64,000 bases of DNA from NCBI GenBank assembly GCA_036846145.1, contig DAIUCM010000001.1:7350-71349 (forward strand), written 5' to 3'. Within the stretch, counting starts at the first letter, position 1. Each line of letters opens with the position of its first letter. A program made the position numbers and the translations under genes. This document shows, piece after piece, positions 36,201-47,685 of this stretch. The stretch comes from Bacteroidota bacterium (GTDB taxonomy: Bacteria; Bacteroidota; Bacteroidia; CAILMK01). Below the pieces are notes generated by a model, which saw only the letters and a program-made list of their open reading frames with translations, was not told the origin of the DNA and did no database searches.

Positions 36201-37009
36201 ATTATCTCATTTCTTTCGATAGAGACAACTTCACCTGTATCTTCGTCAACGAAATCTTCAATCCATTTACGTAAAACGCGTGCAGCAAGCTTACGATCAA
36301 CGAGTGTTTTTAATTTCGCTTTTGATACTTTAACCTCTTCAGCCAGGCCGAATATCTGTAAAATATCTTTGTCAGACTCGAAGCCGATTGCGCGCAAAAG
36401 TGTGGTTACTGGGAATTTCTTTCTACGGTCGATGTAAGCGAACATTACGTTGTTTACATCCGTAGCAAACTCCATCCATGAACCTTTAAAAGGAATAACA
36501 CGTGCGGAATATAAACGTGTACCATTGGTATGGAAGGTCTGGCTGAAGAAAACACCAGGTGAACGATGTAACTGAGAAACGATGATACGTTCTGCGCCGT
36601 TTATAACAAAGGTTCCACGCGGAGTCATGTAAGGTATTGTACCTAAATAAACATCCTGAACCATAGGCTCAAAATCTTCATGTTCGGCATCGGTACAGTA
36701 CAAACGCAGCTTTGCTTTTAAGGCAAGGCTATATGTTAAGCCACGCTCAATACACTCATCAATGCTGTATTTTGGCGGGTCAACAAAATAATCAAGAAAT
36801 TCTAAAACGAAAAGGCCCCTGGCATCTGTAATTGGGAAGTTTTCAGCAAATACCTTGAATAATCCTTCGTTTTTTCTACCTTCAGCTGATGTTTCAAGCT
36901 GAAAGAAATCAACGAATGACTGTAATTGAACTTCCAGGAAATCAGGATAATCGAGAGGATTTTCTATCTTGGCAAAATTGATTCTGCCGTTCTTATTTGT
37001 TTTAATCAA
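33200..37009 (-). CDS. rpoB: DNA-directed RNA polymerase subunit beta
   Basis: 1269 aa, [32 protein letters not shown]... and rif-cluster region ...[34 protein letters not shown]... Confidence 0.98.
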   Translation of the reverse strand: MIKTNKNGRINFAKIENPLDYPDFLEVQLQSFVDFFQLETSAEGRKNEGLFKVFAENFPITDARGLFVLEFLDYFVDPPKYSIDECIERGLTYSLALKAKLRLYCTDAEHEDFEPMVQDVYLGTIPYMTPRGTFVINGAERIIVSQLHRSPGVFFSQTFHTNGTRLYSARVIPFKGSWMEFATDVNNVMFAYIDRRKKFPVTTLLRAIGFESDKDILQIFGLAEEVKVSKAKLKTLVDRKLAARVLRKWIEDFVDEDTGEVVSIERNEIILERDTILRDDHIDLIINANVKSIILHREDMDANDFEIIYNTLQKDPSNSGKEALEHIYRQLRNADPPDEETARGIIERLFFSDKRYDLGEVGRYRINKKLGLNSSSDVRVLTHDDIISIIKYLIELSNSKADVDDIDHLSNRRVRTVGEQLYAQFGVGLARMARTIRERMNVRDNEVFTATDLINSRTLSSVINSFFGTNQLSQFMDQTNPLAEITHKRRMSALGPGGLSRERAGFEVRDVHYTHYGRLCTIETPEGPNIGLISSLSVYAKINSMGFIETPYRRVEEGKIQLNAPVEYLSAEEEDDKVIAQANAKFDSSGNFVNDKVKARQSGDFNIVDPNDLGYMDVSPNQIVSIAASLIPFLEHDDANRALMGSNMQRQAVPLLRPQAPIVGTGIEGRIAEDSRALIIAENDGVIDYVDGFKIVVRYDRDETTRLLDFDTDVRTYNLVKYRRTNQNSCVNLKPIVKKGQKVKKGEVLCDGFATEKGELALGRNMTVAFMPWQGYNFEDAIVISENAVRDDWFTSIHITEYEMDVRDTKRGMEEFTNDIPNVSEEATRNLDENGLIRIGAEVKEGDILIGKITPKGESEPSPEEKLLRAIFGEKAGDVKDVSLRIPPSGGGIVISKKLFERAKKEKGSKEKDKALFTKLDTEHRKNLGDIKEQLINKLLVVIDGKTSNSVTNVFNEELLPKGTRFNQKTLAKLEFNEIEPNNWTNDNDKNQLVKGIIQNYKTKVNEEIARYKREQFALTIGDELPTGVLKLAKVYVAEKRKLKVGDKMAGRHGNKGVVAKIVPSADMPFLEDGTPVDIVLNPLGVPSRMNLGQIYETVLGWAGLKLGLKFATPIFDGATEGEIDHYISEAGLPKNGKTYLFDGLTGERFDQPTTVGVIYILKLSHMVDDKMHARSIGPYSLITQQPLGGKSQFGGQRFGEMEVWALEAFGASNILQEMLTIKSDDIIGRAKTYEAIVKGDNLPEPGIPESFNVLLNELKGLALDIKLD

Positions 37010-37051
37010 GGAAGTATTTTTTAATTAAACAATATATGGAAGTATATAAAT

Positions 37052-37093
37052 GGGAATAGACCTGGTCCCAATTACTTTGGGATCAGGTCTTCC
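37052..37093 (-). promoter_or_regulatory. rplL-rpoB intergenic hairpin (putative attenuator/partial terminator)
   Basis: Imperfect ~15-bp stem GGAATAGACCTGGTCCC-aattacttt-GGGATCAGGTCTTCC downstream of rplL and upstream of rpoB. This is the classic position of the L10 operon attenuator. Confidence 0.45.
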
Positions 37094-37120
37094 TATGCTG
37101 CTGGGCTGTTAAAATGCAGA

Positions 37121-37501
37121 TTACCGCAACTCAACTTCAGCACCGGCTTCTTCCAACTTAGCTTTGATGCTCTCAGCCTCGTCTTTAGAGATGCCTTCTT
37201 TCACTGGTTTAGGAGCAGTATCTACCAGGTCTTTAGCTTCTTTCAAGCCTAAGCCGGTAAGATCTTTTACCAATTTAACCACATTAAGTTTAGCGCCGCC
37301 TGGTGCTTTTAAAATTACATCGAACTCAGTTTTTTCAGCTGGTGCAGCTTCTGCAGCTCCACCACCGCCACCAGCCATCATAACTGCTGGAGCAGCTGCA
37401 GGCTCAATGCCATATTCATCTTTAAGGATTTGGGCTAACTCGTTTACTTCTTTTACAGTAAGGTTTACAAGTTGTTCAGCAATTGCTTTAACGTCTGCCA
37501 T
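37121..37501 (-). CDS. rplL: 50S ribosomal protein L7/L12
   Basis: 126 aa, [62 protein letters not shown]... Confidence 0.97.
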   Translation of the reverse strand: MADVKAIAEQLVNLTVKEVNELAQILKDEYGIEPAAAPAVMMAGGGGGAAEAAPAEKTEFDVILKAPGGAKLNVVKLVKDLTGLGLKEAKDLVDTAPKPVKEGISKDEAESIKAKLEEAGAEVELR

Positions 37502-37555
37502 TTTAAAAAAATTTTAAGAGATATTTAGATACAAAGGATTTAACAAAAAATTATA

Positions 37556-38080
37556 TTATGCTTCAGTCTTTTCAGACAAGGTTTTTAAGATACCTGCAAT
37601 CTTGTTTCCGCCTGATTTCAGGCCGCTAACAACATTTTTGATTGGTGATTGCAATATTGCAACAACATCAGCAATAAGTTCTTCGCGAGATTTCAGAGTG
37701 ATTAACATGTCAAGATTCTCATCACCAACATATAAAGATTCCTCAATATAAGCAGCCTTTAAAACAGGTTTCGGATGGCTTGCACGGAACTCTTTTATAA
37801 GTTTTGCAGGCGATTTTGAATTATCCGCAAACATTACTGATGAAGGACCTTTTAATGTTTCCACTAAACCATCGGCCTGTATGTTTGCTTTTTCGAGCGC
37901 TTTTTCAATCAGCGTATTTTTTACTACCTGTAATGTAACACCACGCTCAAAGCATAACCTGCGTAATGCGTTTGTCTGGTTTACCGATAAAGTAGAGATA
38001 TCTGCTACGTAAAAATTCTTTGAGGCGGTAAATGCTTCACTTAAAGCATTTACTATTTCTTCTTTATTTTCTCGTCTCAT
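37556..38080 (-). CDS. rplJ: 50S ribosomal protein L10
   Basis: 174 aa, position between rplA and rplL. Confidence 0.93.
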   Translation of the reverse strand: MRRENKEEIVNALSEAFTASKNFYVADISTLSVNQTNALRRLCFERGVTLQVVKNTLIEKALEKANIQADGLVETLKGPSSVMFADNSKSPAKLIKEFRASHPKPVLKAAYIEESLYVGDENLDMLITLKSREELIADVVAILQSPIKNVVSGLKSGGNKIAGILKTLSEKTEA

Positions 38081-38087
38081 AATTTTA

Positions 38088-38786
38088 TTATAAACCCGCT
38101 ATTGATTTTGAATCAACCGCTACACCGGGACTCATTGTGCTTGAAAGTGTAATGCTTTTAAAGTAAGCGCCTTTTGCAGCGGCCGGCTTTAAACGGCTTA
38201 CTGTATTAATAATTTCGCTCGCGTTCTCAATGATCTGCTGTGGAGTAAAACTTACACGGCCGATTGAAGCATGGATAATACCGTATTTATCAACTTTGAA
38301 GTCAATTTTACCTGCTTTAACTTCTCTTACAGCCTTACCAACCTCGGTTGTTACAGTACCTGCTTTAGGGTTTGGCATTAAACCGCGTGGACCTAAAACC
38401 CTGCCTAAACGGCCAAGCTTCGGCATAACATCTGGCGTAGTAATAATTACATCAATATCGGTCCAGCCGCCTTCTATCTGTTTCAGATAATCGTCCAATC
38501 CAGCGAAATCTGCTCCTGCTTCCAATGCCTCAGCTTCACGATCGGATGCAACAAGTGCAAGTACACGTAGCGAACGGCCAGTACCATGCGGCAACGCCAC
38601 TGTACCACGAACCATTTGATTTGCTTTACGAGGATCAACACCTAAACGGATATCGATATCAACTGAAGCATCAAATTTTGTAAAAGTAAGATCCTTTACC
38701 AGGGAAGCTGCCTCAACAAGGGTATAATTCCTCGTTGGATCCAGCTTACTTATAATTGCTTTTCTGTTTTTTGTCAGCTTACTCAC
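38088..38786 (-). CDS. rplA: 50S ribosomal protein L1 (probable GTG start)
   Basis: The ORF track extends to a TTG at 38808-38810 that overlaps the rplK stop. A GTG at complement 38784-38786 gives (M)[30 protein letters not shown]... This aligns with the canonical L1 N-terminus MAKLTKR.... The end at 38088 is secure. Confidence 0.9.
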   Translation of the reverse strand: MSKLTKNRKAIISKLDPTRNYTLVEAASLVKDLTFTKFDASVDIDIRLGVDPRKANQMVRGTVALPHGTGRSLRVLALVASDREAEALEAGADFAGLDDYLKQIEGGWTDIDVIITTPDVMPKLGRLGRVLGPRGLMPNPKAGTVTTEVGKAVREVKAGKIDFKVDKYGIIHASIGRVSFTPQQIIENASEIINTVSRLKPAAAKGAYFKSITLSSTMSPGVAVDSKSIAGL

Positions 38787-38797
38787 TTCTTTTATTT

Positions 38798-39241
38798 TTA
38801 TTCGTTCCAAGGTGCGTTTCCGGAAACTGTAATTCCCATGCTTCTTGCAGTACCTGCAACCATGCGCATTGCAGATTCTACTGTAAATGCGTTGAGATCG
38901 GGCATTTTATCTTCAGCAATAGCTCTTACCTGTTCCCAGTTTACAGAGCCTACTTTATTACGGTTTGGCTGTGCAGAACCACCTTTAATTTTTGATACTT
39001 CCAGCAACTGTACTGCAACCGGTGGAGTTTTAATGATAAACTCGAAAGATTTATCGCTGTAAACTGTAATTACTACAGGCAAAACTTTACCTGCACGGTC
39101 TTGAGTCCTGGCATTGAATTGCTTGCAGAACTCCATGATGTTTACACCTTTTGAACCAAGCGCAGGACCAATTGGCGGCGAAGGGTTGGCTGCTGCACCT
39201 TTAACCTGTAGCCTGATAAAACCTGTTACTTCTTTAGCCAT
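38798..39241 (-). CDS. rplK: 50S ribosomal protein L11
   Basis: 147 aa, [40 protein letters not shown]... Confidence 0.97.
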   Translation of the reverse strand: MAKEVTGFIRLQVKGAAANPSPPIGPALGSKGVNIMEFCKQFNARTQDRAGKVLPVVITVYSDKSFEFIIKTPPVAVQLLEVSKIKGGSAQPNRNKVGSVNWEQVRAIAEDKMPDLNAFTVESAMRMVAGTARSMGITVSGNAPWNE

Positions 39242-39328
39242 TTTTGTTTTTAGTTTGACAACTGCCTGCCTACTGTAAAGTATTTTTTAACAATACTATA
39301 TATGTTAAGCGTGCAGCAATTTATATAA

Positions 39329-39865
39329 TTACTCTTTTTCTACCTGTATATAATTCAGCTCAAGCGGCGTTCTACGGCCAAATATTTTAACTATAACCTT
39401 AAGCTTCTTTTTCTCTTCGTTAATCTCCTCAATAACCCCGCTGAAGCCGTTGAACGGTCCATCGATAACTTTTACAGGTTCACCAACCAGGTAAGGCACT
39501 TCTATATTGTCGCCCGATTCGTTAAGCGCATCAACACGGCCTAACATTCTGTTGATCTCCGAAGTTCTCAATGGTTCCGGGTTGTCTTTTGAGCCTAAAA
39601 AGCCTACTACACCCAGTACATTTTTAATAATGTGAACCATTTCGCCTTCGAGATTCGCCTCTATCATAATATAACCGGGATAGTAATTTCTCTCCTTGGT
39701 TATTTTTTTTCCGTTCTTAAGCTGAACAACTTTTTCCATAGGGATAAGTATCTGGCTTACATTCTCTTCCAGGCCTTCCCTTTTCAGTTCAGATTCAATG
39801 TATGCTTTAATTTTTTTTTCCTGGCCGGAAATTACGCGTACAACATACCATTTAAATTCGCCCAT
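39329..39865 (-). CDS. nusG: transcription termination/antitermination factor NusG
   Basis: 178 aa. NGN domain MGEFKWYVVRVISGQEKK... and C-terminal KOW. Confidence 0.95.
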   Translation of the reverse strand: MGEFKWYVVRVISGQEKKIKAYIESELKREGLEENVSQILIPMEKVVQLKNGKKITKERNYYPGYIMIEANLEGEMVHIIKNVLGVVGFLGSKDNPEPLRTSEINRMLGRVDALNESGDNIEVPYLVGEPVKVIDGPFNGFSGVIEEINEEKKKLKVIVKIFGRRTPLELNYIQVEKE

Positions 39866-39876
39866 GTGTTAAAACC

Positions 39877-40074
39877 TTATTGTGTAATTTGATAGAAATA
39901 CTCAAACAGGGTTTCAAATCCGGAATCAACCAGAAACACCAGCAAAGCAATTATCAGCGAGGCCACTAATACAACTATTGCGCTACTTTGTAATTCATCC
40001 CAGGTAGGCCAGGTTACTTTATTCACCAGTTCCTCGGTTGTCAGTTGCAGCGAATTTCTAATTTTTTCCAGCAT
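39877..40074 (-). CDS. secE: preprotein translocase subunit SecE
   Basis: 65 aa with a single C-terminal TM helix. Conserved slot between tRNA-Trp and nusG. Confidence 0.85.
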   Translation of the reverse strand: MLEKIRNSLQLTTEELVNKVTWPTWDELQSSAIVVLVASLIIALLVFLVDSGFETLFEYFYQITQ

Positions 40075-40091
40075 TGGCTTTCAAATTTATG

Positions 40092-40162
40092 CAGGGGTGG
40101 AGAGATTCGAACTCCCATCAACGGTTTTGGAGACCGCTATTCTACCCTTGAACTACACCCCT
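40092..40162 (-). tRNA. tRNA-Trp (anticodon CCA)
   Basis: Minus-strand sequence AGGGGTGTAGTTCAAGGGTAGAATAGCGGTCTCCAAAACCGTTGATGGGAGTTCGAATCTCTCCACCCCTG has a cloverleaf with anticodon loop CUCCAAA. Ends are approximate to +/-2 nt. Confidence 0.85.
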
Positions 40163-40167
40163 AAATA

Positions 40168-40198
40168 ACTGAATGGCCGGTTTTAGCAGCCATTCAGT
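40168..40198 (-). terminator. hairpin downstream of tuf
   Basis: Perfect 10-bp stem ACTGAATGGC-cggttttagca-GCCATTCAGT, followed on the minus strand by TTATTTA. Confidence 0.5.
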
Positions 40199-40215
40199 AT
40201 AATATTAAAATAAAA

Positions 40216-41403
<1,188 letters not shown>

Positions 41404-41452
41404 GACGTTTAAAAATTAAAAGATTGTGTTAAGGTTGTTAAATTTTTATCTG

Positions 41453-41525
41453 AGCCAATGACGGGACTTGAACCCGTGACCCCGTCCTTACCAAGGACGT
41501 ACTCTACCAGCTGAGCTACATCGGC
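41453..41525 (-). tRNA. tRNA-Thr (anticodon GGT)
   Basis: GCCGATGTAGCTCAGCTGGTAGAGTACGTCCTTGGTAAGGACGGGGTCACGGGTTCAAGTCCCGTCATTGGCT on minus strand. Anticodon loop CTTGGTAAG. Confidence 0.85.
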
Positions 41526-41615
41526 TTTATGTGTTTTAAGATCGGCTGGCATATGCCCAACAGCGTAAAAATACCTAAAGCTTGAATCACTCACTGGTTC
41601 ATCCTGGCCTTTATG

Positions 41616-41688
41616 AGCGGGAGACGAGACTCGAACCCGCGACCCTCAGCTTGGAAGGCTGATGCTCTACCAACTGAGCTACTCCCGC
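41616..41688 (-). tRNA. tRNA-Gly (anticodon TCC)
   Basis: GCGGGAGTAGCTCAGTTGGTAGAGCATCAGCCTTCCAAGCTGAGGGTCGCGGGTTCGAGTCTCGTCTCCCGCT on minus strand. Anticodon stem-loop TCAGC-CTTCCAA-GCTGA. Confidence 0.85.
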
Positions 41689-41857
41689 TTTTTGTATTCT
41701 ATATATTTTACCTGCTGTAAATGATTTCTCACATTCATTTACTTCAGTTAAGTTGCTAACTGTTGTTTTATAATCCTGTTTTGAGTTTGGAAGGAAGCTT
41801 ACATTGTACTGTAACAGATTGTACAATGCTCAAAACCTATTATAAAAAACCTACGTG

Positions 41858-41938
41858 TGGGGAGAGAAAGATTCGAACTTTCGAAGCTTGCGCAACGGAT
41901 TTACAGTCCGTCCCATTTGGCCACTCTGGTATCTCCCC
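41858..41938 (-). tRNA. tRNA-Tyr (anticodon GTA), long variable arm
   Basis: GGGGAGATACCAGAGTGGCCAAATGGGACGGACTGTAAATCCGTTGCGCAAGCTTCGAAAGTTCGAATCTTTCTCTCCCCA on minus strand. Confidence 0.85.
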
Positions 41939-41957
41939 AGTTTCCTTTAAAAAAGAG

Positions 41958-42031
41958 AGCCGATGGACGGATTCGAACCGCCGACCCGCTGATTACAAAT
42001 CAGCCGCTCTGGCCAGCTGAGCTACACCGGC
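41958..42031 (-). tRNA. tRNA-Thr (anticodon TGT)
   Basis: GCCGGTGTAGCTCAGCTGGCCAGAGCGGCTGATTTGTAATCAGCGGGTCGGCGGTTCGAATCCGTCCATCGGCT on minus strand. Confidence 0.85.
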
Positions 42032-42147
42032 TTCTATACTTTTTATACAGAATTAATTCAGTATTTAAAGAGCTATTCTCTCGTTCCTTCGTTAAAGGAC
42101 TGCAAAGTTAAATTTAAATATTTTAAATGTGAAATATTTTTTCGAAA

Positions 42148-42435
42148 TTATTTTTGCAGCGTTGTTTCCTTGTATTTTTTTATCTGGCGCTTCATGGTAT
42201 CTACAGCTACATCCAATGCCGCCTGGAAAGTTTCGCCGCTTTCGCGCACAAATAAAGTATCGTTACGTACTATAAGTTTTATTTCCAGCTCTTTATGCGT
42301 TACGCCATCATGCAGGTATATTATTGCATCTACTATATTTTCATAATAATGTTCCAGCTTGCCTACTTTTGCTTTAATGGAATCCTGGAGCTGCGCGCTT
42401 GTTTCTACATTGTTGGTTTGTATGCTGATTCTCAT
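42148..42435 (-). CDS. hpf: ribosome hibernation promoting factor / RaiA (YfiA) family
   Basis: 95 aa, MRISIQTNNVETSAQLQDSIKAKVGKLEHYYENIVDAIIYLHD... typical S30AE fold. Confidence 0.85.
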   Translation of the reverse strand: MRISIQTNNVETSAQLQDSIKAKVGKLEHYYENIVDAIIYLHDGVTHKELEIKLIVRNDTLFVRESGETFQAALDVAVDTMKRQIKKYKETTLQK

Positions 42436-42448
42436 AAAAATGTAAGTT

Positions 42449-43336
42449 TTAACCCTTGGGATGGGCTTGTTTGTAAATAGTTTTTAATCTTTCTATTGAG
42501 TTGTGGGTATAAATTTGCGTGGCGGCAAGGTTAGCATGGCCGAGCAATTCTTTAATAGCATTAATTTCCGCGCCATTGTTCAGCAGGTGCGTAGCGTATG
42601 TATGGCGCAAAACATGCGGACTGTTTTTTTGAATGCTGCTTACCATGCTTATGTATTTTTTTACTGCACGGTTCACAAACATGGGGTAAAGCGGCTGACC
42701 TTTATCGGTTACCAGTAATGTTGTACTGGTAAATCCATAAAGCATTTTTTGCTGCAGGTATATATGAATTGCCTCGGCAGTTTGCGCGGGAACAGGTATA
42801 ATGCGCTCTTTATTACGCTTTCCTGTAACTTTAATACATGATTCGGCCAGATTTATATTTTTCTCTTGCAATGATATTAGCTCGCTCAAACGCATCCCCG
42901 TACCATATAGCAGCTCGAGGATAAGCTTATCCCGTTGACCATAAAAATCGTCGGGGAATTCTATATATTCATTATCGAATAAATGGTTTGTTTCTGTTTC
43001 TGTAAGCCATTGAAAAAGCCTTTTCTCTGTTTTAACACTTTGTATTGCAGCCATTGGGTTTATTGCTACAGCTCCGCTCCTGAGCAGGAACTTATAAAAA
43101 GTATTAAGCGCAACCAGTTTACGGTTAATGCTGCGGGCGCTGAGCTTTTGCTGGGTTTGCTCGTAGATCCACGATTTTACCATAGCAGGTTTTACAACCG
43201 ATTCATCCGCTACGGAGTACTGAACTTGCAGAAATGCAAAAAACTGCGCTACGTCATTAACATAGGCAGTTCCTGTATGCTTCGAATATCTTCTCTCGTT
43301 TTGTAGGTAATCTGCAAATTGCGCAAGCTTACTCAT
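42449..43336 (-). CDS. tyrosine-type site-specific recombinase, XerC/XerD family
   Basis: 295 aa with catalytic ...RHTYATHLLNNGAEINAIKELLGHANLAATQIYTH... Sits between rpsU and hpf, a conserved chromosomal arrangement in Bacteroidota, so it is more likely a chromosome-dimer-resolution Xer than a mobile-element integrase. Confidence 0.8.
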   Translation of the reverse strand: MSKLAQFADYLQNERRYSKHTGTAYVNDVAQFFAFLQVQYSVADESVVKPAMVKSWIYEQTQQKLSARSINRKLVALNTFYKFLLRSGAVAINPMAAIQSVKTEKRLFQWLTETETNHLFDNEYIEFPDDFYGQRDKLILELLYGTGMRLSELISLQEKNINLAESCIKVTGKRNKERIIPVPAQTAEAIHIYLQQKMLYGFTSTTLLVTDKGQPLYPMFVNRAVKKYISMVSSIQKNSPHVLRHTYATHLLNNGAEINAIKELLGHANLAATQIYTHNSIERLKTIYKQAHPKG

Positions 43337-43375
43337 TACGAGAAAAGTATTTACAATATTAAAAGGCTTTAAAAT

Positions 43376-43567
43376 CTATTCCTGGTTATCAGCAAAGGTC
43401 TGCTTGTACTTTGCTTTACCGATCTGGTTACGTCTTGTTACCGAATCTTTAGTAAAATACTGGCGGTTACGATACTCTTTTAAAGTGCCGGTCTTCTCCA
43501 TCTTCTTCTTAAAACGCTTCAGTGCCTTGTCTATAGATTCGTTTTCTTTTACAGTAACTTTAATCAT
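43376..43567 (-). CDS. rpsU: 30S ribosomal protein S21
   Basis: 63 aa, MIKVTVKENESIDKALKRFKKKMEKTGTLKEYRNRQYFTK... Confidence 0.93.
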   Translation of the reverse strand: MIKVTVKENESIDKALKRFKKKMEKTGTLKEYRNRQYFTKDSVTRRNQIGKAKYKQTFADNQE

Positions 43568-43645
43568 ATCCGTTGGGAAATCTTTTTAGTATTTAGTTTA
43601 ATTTTAGCTTGCAAATATACGTAATTCTTATAAAAAATGTTTCTT

Positions 43646-44785
43646 TTATCTTAAAATTTCCCTGGCAATTACCAGTTTCTGTATTTCGCTGGTGCCCTCT
43701 CCTATTGTACAAAGCTTGCTGTCGCGGTAAAATTTCTCTACCGGGAAATCTTTTGTATAACCGTAGCCGCCAAAGATCTGCACGGCATCTGTAGAAACGC
43801 GTACACAAACTTCAGAAGCATAATACTTCGCCATGGCCGATTCCTTGGTTACTTTTTCGCCACGGTTCTTCAGATCAGCTGCCTGCATAATTAATAATTC
43901 AGATGCGTCAATCTCCGTAGCCATATCCGCCAGTTTAAAGGAAATACCCTGGAAATTAGCAATTGGCTGGTTGAACTGGTGACGCTCCTGCGCATATTTA
44001 ACAGATGCCAGGTAAGCACCGCGTGCAATTCCTAAACTTAAAGCTGCAATAGAAATTCTTCCGCCATCAAGTACTTTCATCGCCTGTATAAAACCATCAC
44101 CTTCTTTACCAAGCATATTGGCGTTTGGTATCCGGCAATTGTCAAAGATCATTTCGGTGGTTTCTGACGCACGCATGCCCAGCTTATTTTCTTTGCGGCC
44201 TGCGTTAAAGCCCGGTGTTCCGCGTTCAACAACAAAAGCTGTCATGCCATGGCTGTCGCCTTTTTCGCCGGTACGTACTATTACAACTGCAACATCGCCG
44301 CTTTTACCGTGCGTTATCCAGCATTTTGCGCCGTTAATTATCCAGTCGTCACCGTCTCTGTGTGCAACAGTTTGCATATTTCCTGCATCGCTGCCGGTGT
44401 TCGGCTCGGTTAATCCCCATGCGCCAATCCATTCGGCGGTAGCCAGTTTAGGCAGCCATTTACGTTTTTGCTCCTCGTTACCAAATTGCATAATATGGCC
44501 CGTGCAAAGTGAGTTGTGCGCCGCAACGGACAAACCAATGCTCGGATCTATCCTGGAAATTTCATCAATTACTGTAACATATTCAAAGTAACCCAAACCA
44601 CTACCGCCATATTCTTCAGGAACCAAAACACCCATCATGCCCAGTTTGCCAAGTTCTTTAAAAAGGTCAACAGGAAAATGCTGTGTTTCATCCCATTCCA
44701 TCATATTCGGGCGGATGTGCTTGTCGCCAAAATCGCGGATGGTTTCGGCAATCATTTTCTGGTTCTCGTTATATTCGAAATGCAT
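43646..44785 (-). CDS. acyl-CoA dehydrogenase family protein
   Basis: 379 aa with N-terminal, middle beta-barrel and C-terminal ACAD domains (...GSDAGNMQT...YGGYGYTKDFPVEKFYRDSKLCTIGEGTSEIQ...). Confidence 0.9.
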   Translation of the reverse strand: MHFEYNENQKMIAETIRDFGDKHIRPNMMEWDETQHFPVDLFKELGKLGMMGVLVPEEYGGSGLGYFEYVTVIDEISRIDPSIGLSVAAHNSLCTGHIMQFGNEEQKRKWLPKLATAEWIGAWGLTEPNTGSDAGNMQTVAHRDGDDWIINGAKCWITHGKSGDVAVVIVRTGEKGDSHGMTAFVVERGTPGFNAGRKENKLGMRASETTEMIFDNCRIPNANMLGKEGDGFIQAMKVLDGGRISIAALSLGIARGAYLASVKYAQERHQFNQPIANFQGISFKLADMATEIDASELLIMQAADLKNRGEKVTKESAMAKYYASEVCVRVSTDAVQIFGGYGYTKDFPVEKFYRDSKLCTIGEGTSEIQKLVIAREILR

Positions 44786-45069
44786 ACGTTATTGTGAAAT
44801 TTAGTACAAAAGTAAGGGTTTTAGGCGGAAAACCGGGAATCGGCATAAGGTCAATTTAAATATCCTGCCGCAGTCTAAAATTAAAATATTATTAAAAATA
44901 ATTACAAAAACCCTTCCTGCATCAAATAAACAGATATTTTATAAGCTACAAACTCCTTAGAAGCCTAAACCATAAGAATATCAAAGCTTTATGATAAAAA
45001 TTACTTAAATTTATACACTGAAAATTAAATGGATAGAACAATTAATTTTATTCTTTAAAAATTAAAAGA

Positions 45070-45543
45070 ATGTGTTTTTTGCGTAAAAACCTGGTTGTAT
45101 ATTTTGCAGCTATTACGCTGCTTATTATGCTATCGTGCGCTTTTACGGCCGACAGGCGGTTAAGATTCAGGAAATACAGCTGGATAGATATTGGAAGATC
45201 TGCCAGGTCTCAAAACAAGATGATTTTTGTACTGGTAACCGGCAAATACTGCCCAACCAGCAAAAAAATGAATCGTGTGGTATCTGAACCAAAAGTGTGT
45301 GAGTTCTACAACAATAATTTTGTAAGCACAACTTTTGATGCGCAAAACCCAACACAATATTACAGAGCCAGCAATTGGGGCGTTTCCAGTATCCCAGCCT
45401 TGGTTTTTTTAACTAAAAACAGGGAAGTAGTTTATATTTCTCAAGGTTACCAGGATGCTAACGGTATGATTAGCGAAGCTAAAACAGCCCTGGAAATGAA
45501 TAATCCAGCCAAGGCAAAGCAGAAATCCAATGGCGCTGAATAG
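45070..45543 (+). CDS. secreted thioredoxin-fold protein, paralog 1 (CPTS variant of CXXC)
   Basis: 157 aa. Signal peptide, then ...KMIFVLVTGKYCPTSKKMNRVV...FYNNNFVSTTFDAQNPTQYYRASNWGVSSIPALVFL... This pattern is alignable position-by-position with ORFs at 46468 and 47126. Confidence 0.7.
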   Translation: MCFLRKNLVVYFAAITLLIMLSCAFTADRRLRFRKYSWIDIGRSARSQNKMIFVLVTGKYCPTSKKMNRVVSEPKVCEFYNNNFVSTTFDAQNPTQYYRASNWGVSSIPALVFLTKNREVVYISQGYQDANGMISEAKTALEMNNPAKAKQKSNGAE

Positions 45544-45867
45544 CAATGTATATTCCTGTATTATTTAAGCCGGCCTTTTAATAAATTTCCTAATTGCCAT
45601 TCTGGTATTTACCAATACCCATATAGAATTGCTGTAAAATGCTTCGCTGTAAGCTTAAATGCTGCTCATTCTTTTTTATGAAATCTATAAAACTATAATT
45701 ATGGCAGCTTTCTTGGAGAAACTATTAGTTTGCCAAAGCATTTTTAGTGGATTATATATATGATGCCTTATTAAAATGAATCTCAAGATTTTAAACAAAG
45801 ACTTCGCCAGATTAACTTTTGGCCTTTACTGGTTATTGTAATTTTACTTCCGCTTGGATTATCCAAG

Positions 45868-46110
45868 TTGAAGTATGGATCTGATGAATTTCTTAAGCGT
45901 ATGCCAGATGGTCATTCTAATGTTGGGATTGTAATATCGGCGTGCTCTATAATAGAAGTAATTCTGATAGTTATAACATTTATTGCTTATTTGTTAAAAG
46001 AACAAATCGTCCACAATCAACTTATTCATTTTATAGCGCTATTGCTTTTGTTTATAATCGGAGTTGTTCCAGGTTTGTTAGTACTTTGGACAGTGTGGTT
46101 CAGGATTTAA
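45868..46110 (+). CDS. hypothetical small membrane protein (doubtful)
   Basis: 80-aa ORF with two hydrophobic stretches in an otherwise gene-free 0.9-kb AT-rich spacer. No family recognised. Confidence 0.25.
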   Translation: MKYGSDEFLKRMPDGHSNVGIVISACSIIEVILIVITFIAYLLKEQIVHNQLIHFIALLLLFIIGVVPGLLVLWTVWFRI

Positions 46111-46467
46111 TCAGCTTTCACGCTAGTAAAGCATTTTTTCAGGCTTGTATATATGGATTTCATAAATTAGTCGCCTTTACTGGCTTTGCAATTTGCCCAT
46201 TTGTGCCGCTCATTCAGGGTTTTGCAATATATTCCGCAAATGCTTAAGCTTACTATAATCGTCAATTATTCGTAATAATCCTATTGGTGCATTTAACTTT
46301 TAGCGACAGGAATATTCTCCGGTTAAATCAGTATTTGGATTTTTTTTCACCCTTCCCCAACCAATAATAATATTATCACATCATTGCTTTTGTAAAGTGA
46401 AAATTGCAATATCACAAACTAACCATTTAACTATTAATTAATTACAATACCTAAATTTAATATTATT

Positions 46468-46884
46468 ATGTCAAAGATATTTTTTGCACTATTATTAAGC
46501 ACAGCATTTTTGTTCCAGTCTTTTACAAGCGATAAGAAAATAAAATTCAGAGAAAACGGATGGAGCGAGATTGGCAAAGCCGCCAAAACGGAAGATAAAA
46601 TGATATTTGTACTCGTAACCGGCGATTACTGCTCCGCCAGCAGAAAGATGAAGCGAGTGCTGCAGGATGGTAAAGTGGGTGAGTTTTACAATAAGAACTT
46701 TGTCAGTACAAATTTCGACGCTGAAAACTTTATACAGCACTACCGCGCAAGCAACTGGGGTGTTACCAGTGTACCAGCTATGGTTTTCCTGGATAAGAAC
46801 CGTAAAGTGATTCATAAAAAAGAGGGCTTTTTAAATGCAGAAGGCATGCTGAAAGAAGCGCAGGAAGCCATGGCAAAACAATAA
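46468..46884 (+). CDS. secreted thioredoxin-fold protein, paralog 2 (CSAS variant of CXXC)
   Basis: 138 aa, ...KMIFVLVTGDYCSASRKMKRVL...FYNKNFVSTNFDAENFIQHYRASNWGVTSVPAMVFLD... Confidence 0.7.
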   Translation: MSKIFFALLLSTAFLFQSFTSDKKIKFRENGWSEIGKAAKTEDKMIFVLVTGDYCSASRKMKRVLQDGKVGEFYNKNFVSTNFDAENFIQHYRASNWGVTSVPAMVFLDKNRKVIHKKEGFLNAEGMLKEAQEAMAKQ

Positions 46885-47125
46885 CCTTCCAATTACAGTA
46901 TTACAGAAACCTTACCTGACAGAAAAGCCAACAAATGTACCGATCTAAACAAAAAGCATCCACAAAAAATCTCATAGACAACATATTATATGCACCGGGC
47001 TTTGTTTTTATATGTTAAAAACTAAACTTTGCAGCAAAATATTACATGCGTAAGCACCTACCCAAAATTGCGCATCAGTTAAGGTAATTATCCGTATCTT
47101 TATATTACATTAAATAACCTCTATT

Positions 47126-47683
47126 ATGGTTTTGGGTAAGTGGCCTTTAAGGCTTGTATTAATTGGATTGGCATTTACGTTACAGGCGTATACCGTTGGA
47201 AATGAGAAACAACAGAAAATAAAATTCAACGAGCTGGCCTGGCGTTACATTTGCAAAGAGGCTACCGCAAAAGAAAAACTTATTTTTATTTACGTTGGCG
47301 CGGATTATTGCAGCGCCTGCCGGCGGATGGAAACCAGTTTGCGCAGCCCTAAACTTGGCGGTTTTTACAACAATGCGTTTGTAAATGTACGTTTTGATGC
47401 AAAAGATTTCATTCAGCACCAGCGGGCAACAAGCTGGGGCGTTACAAGCGTGCCAACCATGGTTTATTTAAATGAAAAGAGAGAGGTAGTACACATGGTT
47501 ACAGGCTTTCGTGATGCGGAAGGCATGATGCGTGAAGCCCAGATAGCGATGGAAAAAAGCGGCAAATCCATTCATATACCTATAGAAATTGCTGATGAAG
47601 TTGAGGAAATTGAAACCGGCAACCCTTGTGATGAAGACAAAACTGAAATGAAACCTGTAGAAACGCCCGAAGAAACCAAATAG
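47126..47683 (+). CDS. secreted thioredoxin-fold protein, paralog 3 (intact CSAC motif) with acidic C-terminal tail
   Basis: 185 aa, ...KLIFIYVGADYCSACRRMETSL...FYNNAFVNVRFDAKDFIQHQRATSWGVTSVPTMVYLN... plus ...IEIADEVEEIETGNPCDEDKTEMKPVETPEETK. Confidence 0.7.
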   Translation: MVLGKWPLRLVLIGLAFTLQAYTVGNEKQQKIKFNELAWRYICKEATAKEKLIFIYVGADYCSACRRMETSLRSPKLGGFYNNAFVNVRFDAKDFIQHQRATSWGVTSVPTMVYLNEKREVVHMVTGFRDAEGMMREAQIAMEKSGKSIHIPIEIADEVEEIETGNPCDEDKTEMKPVETPEETK

Positions 47684-47685
47684 CG

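Noticed and set aside
41409-42111. ORF-track entries 41409..41594, 41611..41826, 41763..42020 and 41857..42111 (61-85 aa)
   Set aside because: They overlap four clearly folded tRNA genes (Thr, Gly, Tyr, Thr) and have no coding texture. They are artefacts of open frames across structured RNA genes.
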